A stretch of DNA of 34,316 nucleotides from Burkholderiales bacterium (lineage in GTDB: Bacteria; Pseudomonadota; Gammaproteobacteria; Burkholderiales; SG8-41): NCBI GenBank assembly GCA_041620115.1, contig JBFKCU010000002.1, forward strand, positions 1-34,316, written 5' to 3'. Made by a program: the position numbers and the translations under genes. Under the pieces are notes generated by a model, which had not been told where the DNA came from, searched no databases, and was given only the letters and a program-made list of their open reading frames with translations. This document shows, piece after piece, positions 28,794 through 34,316 of the stretch (positions are counted from its first letter, which is position 1; each line of letters begins with the position of its first letter).

Positions 28794-29975
28794 ATGCACA
28801 AGCTGATCCTCAAGCCGGGCCGCGAGAAATCGCTGCAGCGCCGGCATCCGTGGATATTCTCCGGCGCCATCGCGCGCATCGACGGCGATCCGCAATCGGG
28901 CGAGACGGTCGCCGTCTGCTCGGCCGGTGGCGAAACGCTGGCGGTGGCAGCGTACAGCCCGCAGTCGCAGATTCGCGCGCGGGTCTGGGACTGGAGCGCG
29001 CAGGCCATCGATGCCGCGTTCATCGCGCAGCGCGTCGCCAGCGCCGCGTCCCGCCGCGACGCGCTGCAGCTCGCAGCCGTGACCGACGGCGTGCGGCTGG
29101 TGCACGGCGAATCCGACGGACTGCCGGGCATCGTCGCCGACCGTTATGCCGACACCGTCGTCGTGCAGTTGCTGAGCGCCGGCGCCGAGTACTGGCGCGA
29201 CGCGGTGGCCGATGCGCTGGCCGCGCTGCCTGATGTTGTGCGCGTGATCGAGCGGTCGGATGCCGACGTGCGCGGACTCGAAGGACTGCCGCCGCGCAGC
29301 GGACTGTTGCGCGGCCCGGCGGCGGACGCGCCGCTGGTGGTTGCCGAGCACGGGCTGAGATTCTATGTCGATGCCGAACAGGGACACAAGACGGGGTTTT
29401 ACCTCGACCAGCGCGACAACCGCCTGCTGCTGCGCAATCTCGCGCCTGGCAAATCCGTGCTCGACTGTTTCTGTTACACGGGTGGTTTTGCGCTGAATGC
29501 GCTGGCCGGTGGCGCAGTGGCAGTCATCGCCATCGACAGTTCGGGCCCGGCGCTGCAGGCGGCGCGGGCGAACGCGGCGCTGAACGGGTTGCAGCGTGCC
29601 GAGTGGCTGGAGGCCGACGTGTTCCAGGCGCTGCGCCAGTTCCGCGACGCGGGACGGCGCTTCGACGTGATCGTCCTCGATCCGCCCAAGTTCGCGCCGA
29701 CCGCGGCGCACGCGGACAAGGCCGCGCGCGCTTACAAGGACATCAACCTGCTCGCGTTCAAGCTGCTTAACCCCGGCGGCATGCTGATGACGTACTCGTG
29801 TTCAGGCGGTGTCAGCGCCGAGCTGTTCCAGAAAATCGTTGCGGGTGCGGCACTGGACGCGGGTGTCGACGCATCCATCGAGGCATGGCTGCATGGCGCG
29901 GCGGATCACCCGGTGGCGCTGAATTTCCCGGAAGGGGAGTATCTGAAGGGGCTGTTGTTGCGGGTTGCCGGTTAA
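28794..29975 (+). CDS. rlmI: 23S rRNA (cytosine1962-C5)-methyltransferase RlmI-like (PUA + class I SAM MTase)
   Basis: LKPGREKSLQRRHPWIFSGAI, TGFYLDQRDNR, VLDCFCYTGGFAL, LDPPKFA, and YSCSG. Confidence 0.8.
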   Translation: MHKLILKPGREKSLQRRHPWIFSGAIARIDGDPQSGETVAVCSAGGETLAVAAYSPQSQIRARVWDWSAQAIDAAFIAQRVASAASRRDALQLAAVTDGVRLVHGESDGLPGIVADRYADTVVVQLLSAGAEYWRDAVADALAALPDVVRVIERSDADVRGLEGLPPRSGLLRGPAADAPLVVAEHGLRFYVDAEQGHKTGFYLDQRDNRLLLRNLAPGKSVLDCFCYTGGFALNALAGGAVAVIAIDSSGPALQAARANAALNGLQRAEWLEADVFQALRQFRDAGRRFDVIVLDPPKFAPTAAHADKAARAYKDINLLAFKLLNPGGMLMTYSCSGGVSAELFQKIVAGAALDAGVDASIEAWLHGAADHPVALNFPEGEYLKGLLLRVAG

Positions 29976-30001
29976 CGTTGCCACCGGCCCCGCTGTGTGC
30001 A

Positions 30002-30430
30002 CTACTTGAAACGGGCTGCTGCGTTCTCCAGGCCCTTTCTCAAATCATCGAATGCAGCATCTGCGCGCGATTTCGTGTCCGTCCATTTCTCAGCGGTTGC
30101 ATCCTTGATCTCGTCCAGCTTCTGGCGCGCCGCTTCTTTCTTTGACTTTACGTCTTCGATTTCCTTGTCCAGCACGGCCTGAAGCTCCTTGTTTGCATCC
30201 TTCGCCCTGGCGGTCAGGTCCTGCAGGCGGGCGTCCAGCTCCTTGAGCTCGGCTTCGGCCTTGCTCTGGTAGGCCTCTTTGTCTTGGTTGAACTGATTCC
30301 TGTCGATCTTCACGACGAGCTCGGTTTTCTCGTCCTGGGTTCGGGTCTCGGTGGAAAACCATCCCCGGAATACGCCGACTGCGGCGGCGCCGATGACCAG
30401 AACAATCACAAGTATTGTCAGTAACTTCAT
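30002..30430 (-). CDS. hypothetical membrane-anchored coiled-coil protein (Lys/Glu/Asp-rich)
   Basis: Start ATG 30430 with AAGGAGAAG upstream. An N-terminal TM helix (MKLLTILVIVLVIGAAAVGVF) is followed by about 115 aa of charged helical sequence. G+C is lower than in the neighbours. Confidence 0.6.
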   Translation of the reverse strand: MKLLTILVIVLVIGAAAVGVFRGWFSTETRTQDEKTELVVKIDRNQFNQDKEAYQSKAEAELKELDARLQDLTARAKDANKELQAVLDKEIEDVKSKKEAARQKLDEIKDATAEKWTDTKSRADAAFDDLRKGLENAAARFK

Positions 30431-30550
30431 GTCTGCATCTTCTCCTTGCGAGGGGCCTGCCAGCTCAATAAATTGAATCCGGGAACCGAATCCTAGCCAT
30501 GCTGCGCGACATCCAGGGCCGCCCGCGCGGCCCCGAATCTGCATACAAGG

Positions 30551-30781
30551 TCAAGGTTTCTCCACGCGTGCGGGCGGTACATTGTCGATGCCGCCTTCAT
30601 GCCAGGGATGGCATTTGCCGAGGCGCCTGATGGTCAGCCAGGTACCTTTGAACGCGCCGTGGATTTCGATGGCTTCGCGCGCATAGGCCGAGCAGGTCGG
30701 ATAGAAGCGGCACTGCGTGCCGAAGAACGGCGACAGCAGCAGCCGGTAGGCGTCGATCAGCGCGATGAGCACGGTTTTCAT
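30551..30781 (-). CDS. yidD: membrane protein insertion efficiency factor YidD
   Basis: 76 aa: LIALIDAYRLLLSPFFGTQCRFYPTCSAYAREAI..HG..KG..L...RLGKCHPWHEGGID. The rest of the 304-aa track ORF is antisense to the ABC ATPase gene. Confidence 0.8.
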   Translation of the reverse strand: MKTVLIALIDAYRLLLSPFFGTQCRFYPTCSAYAREAIEIHGAFKGTWLTIRRLGKCHPWHEGGIDNVPPARVEKP

Positions 30782-30826
30782 GGATGAGCCAGTATAGCGT
30801 GGCAGCGGTGGCGCGTTGCGCATTCG

Positions 30827-30862
30827 CCGGCCGTCTGTTGTAATCGCGGCCGGATATTTTTT
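30827..30862 (+). terminator. terminator-like hairpin plus T6 in the leader, 22 nt upstream of the ABC ATPase gene
   Basis: CCGGCCG-N13-CGGCCGG followed by ATATTTTTT. No upstream plus-strand gene ends nearby. Confidence 0.35.
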
Positions 30863-30883
30863 CGGCGGCGGGCGAGGCGCACC

Positions 30884-31534
30884 ATGTTTGCAGTCCGGCA
30901 GGTCATGCACGGCTACGACGGCACCGAGGTGCTGCGCGTGCCGTCGTGGTCGGCGGCGCAGGGCTCGCACTGGCTGCTGCTCGGACCCTCGGGCAGCGGC
31001 AAGACCACGCTGCTGCACATTCTCGCCGGCATCCTGCGTCCCGCGTCGGGTGACGTGCAGGTCGCGGATCAGGACCTCACGGCGCTGGCGGCTGCCGCGC
31101 TCGACCGGTTCCGCGGCCGCAATGTCGGCATCGTGCTGCAGCGCCTGCACCTGCTGCCCAGCCTGACGGTCGCGCAGAACGTGACGCTGGCGCAGTATCT
31201 CGCGGGTGTGCCGCAGGATGCCGCGCGCGTGAGCGAGGTGCTGCAGAGCCTCGACCTCGCCGACAAGGCGCGGGCTTATCCGCATGCGCTGTCGCACGGG
31301 CAGGCACAGCGCGTCGCGATCGCGCGCGCCGTGGTCAACAAACCGCGCATCCTGCTCGCGGACGAACCGACGTCCAATCTCGATGATGGGCGCTGCCAGC
31401 AGGCGCTGGACCTGCTGCTGGCGCAGGCCACGGCCTGTGGCGCGACGCTGGTGATCGCGACCCATGACCAGCGCATCAAGGCGCGCGTGCAGAACCGCTT
31501 TGTGCTCGGCGCCTCGTCGCCCTCTTCATCATGA
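30884..31534 (+). CDS. ABC transporter ATP-binding protein (MacB/LolD/FtsE-like)
   Basis: Walker A GPSGSGKTT, signature LSHGQAQRVAIARA, and Walker B ILLADEPTSNLD. Confidence 0.85.
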   Translation: MFAVRQVMHGYDGTEVLRVPSWSAAQGSHWLLLGPSGSGKTTLLHILAGILRPASGDVQVADQDLTALAAAALDRFRGRNVGIVLQRLHLLPSLTVAQNVTLAQYLAGVPQDAARVSEVLQSLDLADKARAYPHALSHGQAQRVAIARAVVNKPRILLADEPTSNLDDGRCQQALDLLLAQATACGATLVIATHDQRIKARVQNRFVLGASSPSSS

Positions 31535-32742
31535 ACCTCGCCACGCTGATCTTTGCCTACCTGCGCGCGCGCGCGTTGAACACGGTGCTGCATATCGTGC
31601 TGCTCGCGCTGGGCATCGGCACCATCACGCTGCTGCTGCTCGCGACCGAACAGCTCGACCAGCGCATGCGCCGCGACGCCGAGAACATCGACCTCGTGGT
31701 CGGCGCCAAGGGCAGCCCGATGCAGATCATCCTGTCGGCGATTTATCACCTCGACGTGCCCACGGGCAACATCGCCTACACGCAGGCGAAAGAGATCGCC
31801 GCGCATCGTGCCGTGAAGAAGACCATTCCGCTGGCGCTGGGTGACAGTTACCGCGGCTTCCGCATTGCCGGGACCACGCACGACTACGTCGCGCATTACG
31901 GCGCGAAACTCGCGACGGGCGCGCTGTGGCAACGGCCGCTGGAGACCGTGCTGGGTGCGGACGTTGCGGCGCAGACCGGACATGGGGTGGGCTCAAAATT
32001 TGCGGGCGCGCACGGACTGGGCGACGGCGGCAGCGCCCACGAAGGCGCCGATTACGTGGTCACCGGCATCCTTGCTCGCAGCGGCACGGTGCTCGACCGT
32101 CTGGTGCTGACTTCGGTGGAAAGCGTGTGGGCCGTGCATGCGCAGCATCAGGGCGTGCATGACGTGGCGACTGCCGCGGAGCACATGAAGGACGAGGAAA
32201 AGGAATACACAGCGCTGCTGATCCAGTACGCGAGCCCGCTCGGGGCAGCGATCCTGCCGCGTTATGTGAACAACAACAGCGACATGCAGGCGGCATCGCC
32301 GGTGCTTGAGACCGCGCGGCTGTTCAGCATCATCGGCGTGGGTGTGGACGTGCTGCGCGGCTTCGCGCTGGTGCTGGTGTTCAGTGCCGGGCTCTCGGTG
32401 TTCATTGCGCTCTACGGTGCGCTCAAGGAACGGCGCTATGACCTCGCGATCATGCGCACACTGGGTGCATCGCCCGGCCGCCTGATGGTGCTGATGCTGG
32501 GTGAAGGCCTGCTGCTCGCAGGGGCTGGTGGAATGTTCGGACTCCTGCTGGGACATGGCTTCGCGGAACTGGTCGGCGTCGCCCTGAAAACCGCGCGGCA
32601 GGTCGAGATCACGGGGCTGACCTGGCTGCCCGAGGAACTGCTGCTGCTGGTGATGGCGCTGGTGGTGGGGGCGATCGCCGCGCTGCTGCCGGCGTGGCGC
32701 GCCTACCGCACGGACATTGCGGGAACGCTGGCGCGCGGCTGA
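31531..32742 (+). CDS. ABC transporter permease, FtsX/MacB-type with a large periplasmic domain
   Basis: ATGA overlap with the ATPase gene. One TM helix, an approximately 230-aa periplasmic domain with a His-rich patch (WAVHAQHQGVHDVATAAEHMKDEE), and three C-terminal TM helices. Confidence 0.8.
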   Translation: MNLATLIFAYLRARALNTVLHIVLLALGIGTITLLLLATEQLDQRMRRDAENIDLVVGAKGSPMQIILSAIYHLDVPTGNIAYTQAKEIAAHRAVKKTIPLALGDSYRGFRIAGTTHDYVAHYGAKLATGALWQRPLETVLGADVAAQTGHGVGSKFAGAHGLGDGGSAHEGADYVVTGILARSGTVLDRLVLTSVESVWAVHAQHQGVHDVATAAEHMKDEEKEYTALLIQYASPLGAAILPRYVNNNSDMQAASPVLETARLFSIIGVGVDVLRGFALVLVFSAGLSVFIALYGALKERRYDLAIMRTLGASPGRLMVLMLGEGLLLAGAGGMFGLLLGHGFAELVGVALKTARQVEITGLTWLPEELLLLVMALVVGAIAALLPAWRAYRTDIAGTLARG

Positions 32743-32780
32743 GGTCCATGCAAGCTCAACTCAGCTCCGGAGGACGATCG

Positions 32781-33053
32781 ATGAAGTTCATGCGCAACAT
32801 GCTGGTGGCGGTGTCGCTGGCCGCCGTGCTCCCGCTCGCAATGACGGCGACAGCAGCGGAAAAGGGCAAGGCGCACGGCGCCGCGGAAGTGAAGAAGGAC
32901 ATCGCTGATCACCGCGCGATGGCCGAGGCGCATCTCAATGCTGCGAAGTGTTTTGAGTCGGGCAAATCGGAGAAGGAATGCCACGAGCAATTGCGCAAGG
33001 ATTGCAAAGGCCTCGCAATCGGCAAATACTGCGGCATGCAGCACCGGCACTGA
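32781..33053 (+). CDS. secreted Cys/His/Met-rich mini-protein (putative periplasmic metal-binding)
   Basis: GGAGGA lies 6 nt upstream. Signal peptide MKFMRNMLVAVSLAAVLPLAMTATAAE, mature part about 63 aa with C-X9-C-X7-C-X8-C and a CGMQHRH tail. Confidence 0.55.
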   Translation: MKFMRNMLVAVSLAAVLPLAMTATAAEKGKAHGAAEVKKDIADHRAMAEAHLNAAKCFESGKSEKECHEQLRKDCKGLAIGKYCGMQHRH

Positions 33054-33083
33054 AGCCGACGCGCTACCGCAGCCTGGCGACAA

Positions 33084-33095
33084 GTTATATATAAC
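33084..33095. promoter_or_regulatory. 12-bp perfect palindrome GTTATATATAAC in an AT-rich spacer (possible Fur/Zur-family operator)
   Basis: Seen directly in the sequence, 23 nt upstream of the DUF3299-like start. It resembles the Zur-box core GTTATA..TATAAC, but the centre is 1 nt shorter than the boxes I remember. Confidence 0.3.
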
Positions 33096-33117
33096 CTATT
33101 GATTTTATTAATATTTT

Positions 33118-33633
33118 ATGAAAATCATCCTGAGTGTGTTGTTGCTGCTGACCAGCCTGTCGGTGGTCGCGCAGGGATTGCCGGGGCAGTCCAATGAGCT
33201 GATGAAACGGCCCATGGACGCCGACGCGAACCTGCCGCCGTCACCGTATGCGGCCAAACCGCTGCCTGAGTTGAAGGGCGTGGTGTCGTGGAAAACCCTG
33301 GCCGACGTGAAGCTGGTGAAGCAGAAAGACCGCTTTACGCCCGAGTTCGGCAAGAGCGTGGCCACGCTCGACAAGAAGGAGGTCAAGGTGCAGGGCTTCA
33401 TGATGCCGCTCGAGATGGGTGACAAACAGAAGCGCTTCTTGCTGGTGGCGCTGCCGCCGACCTGCTCATTCTGTCTGCCCGGCGGTCCCGAACAGATGGT
33501 CGAGGTGCAGACCAAGGCGCCGGTCAAATACGGCTTCGAGCCCATCGTCGTGTCGGGCCGTTTTTCCGTGCTGCAGGATGATGCGATGGGTTTGTATTAC
33601 CGCATGACCAACGCCGTCGCGGTCGGCAAGTAA
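33118..33633 (+). CDS. DUF3299-like periplasmic protein
   Basis: Signal peptide MKIILSVLLLLTSLSVVAQG, KEVKVQGFMMPLE...FLLVALPPTCSFCLPGGPEQMVEV, and about 170 aa. The family assignment is from memory. Confidence 0.55.
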   Translation: MKIILSVLLLLTSLSVVAQGLPGQSNELMKRPMDADANLPPSPYAAKPLPELKGVVSWKTLADVKLVKQKDRFTPEFGKSVATLDKKEVKVQGFMMPLEMGDKQKRFLLVALPPTCSFCLPGGPEQMVEVQTKAPVKYGFEPIVVSGRFSVLQDDAMGLYYRMTNAVAVGK

Positions 33634-33658
33634 ACAGCCGGTGGGTTTTCCCGCACTC

Positions 33659-34039
33659 ATGCGTTCCTTGCTGCGCGCCCGCTGGCTGCGCGTGGCGCTG
33701 GTCGCGCTGCTGCTGGCCGCACAGCATGAGGCGCTGACCCATGCGTTGTACCATGCCGGCCGGCCGGCGCCTGATGCGGCTGCCAGCGTGGCGCATAATG
33801 GCGGGCCTGCGCAGGCCGGTGGCGCAGACGAGCATGACCACGCGCCGGCCAACACGGCCGCCGAACGGTGCGCGTTCCATCTGGCCTTCAGCCAGGTGCT
33901 GGGCGGTGTGCATTCCGGCGCCGTCGTCGATATCCTGGCGGCAACCCCGCATGCGCTTCCGATCGCCGCACTGCCGGTGCCGCGTGGCGAATTTTCGGTC
34001 GTTCCCTACCAGAGCCGCGCTCCTCCCGCGTTCTCCTGA
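33659..34039 (+). CDS. DUF2946-like small protein (His/Cys-containing, TM or signal anchor)
   Basis: MRSLLRARWLRVALVALLLAAQHEALTHALYH ... EHDHAP ... CAFHLAF. Its position directly upstream of a TonB-dependent receptor fits my recollection of DUF2946. An alternative GTG start lies at 33641. Confidence 0.45.
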   Translation: MRSLLRARWLRVALVALLLAAQHEALTHALYHAGRPAPDAAASVAHNGGPAQAGGADEHDHAPANTAAERCAFHLAFSQVLGGVHSGAVVDILAATPHALPIAALPVPRGEFSVVPYQSRAPPAFS

Positions 34040-34136
34040 CGTACCGCCGGCCTGACCGGCGCCTTCATACACATCGTTAAATCCGGGCGGCCGCCCCACG
34101 GGGGCGCGCGCGCCTGCACGTCATTTGGAGATCCTC

Positions 34137-34316
34137 ATGAGAAGTAATCGTTTGGCGCTTGCCGCCATGACCGTCGCGGTGCATGCCGCAGTCGTACACG
34201 CGCAGGTCGACAACCCTGATTCCACGCCCGCCGCGGTGACGCTGCCGGAGGTGATAGTGACCGGCAACCCGCTGGGCAGCGACCTGTTTGAGCTGGCGGC
34301 GCCGGCCTCGGTGCTC
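34137..34316 (+). CDS. TonB-dependent outer-membrane receptor, N-terminal 60 codons only
   Basis: GGAG lies 6 nt upstream. A signal peptide (MRSNRLALAAMTVAVHAAVVHAQ) is followed by TLPEVIVTGNPLGS, typical of the start of the plug region. The ORF runs off the right edge. Confidence 0.65.
   Translation, partial: MRSNRLALAAMTVAVHAAVVHAQVDNPDSTPAAVTLPEVIVTGNPLGSDLFELAAPASVL

Noticed and set aside
30782-31465. Upstream 228 codons of the 304-aa ORF 30551-31465 (-).
   Set aside because: Only the last 76 codons are YidD. The remainder is antisense to the ABC ATPase gene, which has clear Walker and signature motifs.

Overview
This is a GC-rich chromosomal backbone segment (by eye roughly 63-67% G+C). 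Gene content and local synteny look betaproteobacterial, probably Burkholderiales-like: a Bug/TctC-family binding protein, metK divergent from two tandem LpxL-type acyltransferases, dapF-DUF484-xerC, and SAH-riboswitch-ahcY-metF. I call about 40 protein-coding regions, tightly packed on both strands and almost all housekeeping (ppx, phoU, rpiA, ilvA, slt, cca, ttcA, mgtE, metF, ahcY, metK, dapF, xerC, rlmI, yidD and others). The only accessory-looking part is the right-hand 3.5 kb (30.9-34.3 kb). It holds a MacB/FtsX-type ABC pair, a Cys/His-rich secreted mini-protein, DUF3299-like and DUF2946-like proteins and the start of a TonB-dependent receptor, which together suggest a transition-metal acquisition locus. 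I found no rRNA, tRNA, CRISPR array, transposase, prophage module or recognisable defence island, and I do not see a convincing new multi-gene system. The best non-coding signal is the 263-nt metK-ahcY spacer, which holds two SAH-riboswitch-like aptamers in tandem, the first wired to a textbook intrinsic terminator. Other items worth a second look: (1) a Cro/YdaS-like HTH frame that runs without a stop codon into a class-V aminotransferase; (2) a decayed tandem copy of the xerC 3' end split by an 82-bp insert that creates a 36-codon hydrophobic micro-ORF; (3) a 41-nt stretch of about 15% G+C inside dapF; (4) AT-rich palindromes in front of the DUF3299 gene. All product calls rest on motif recognition from memory, not on searches.
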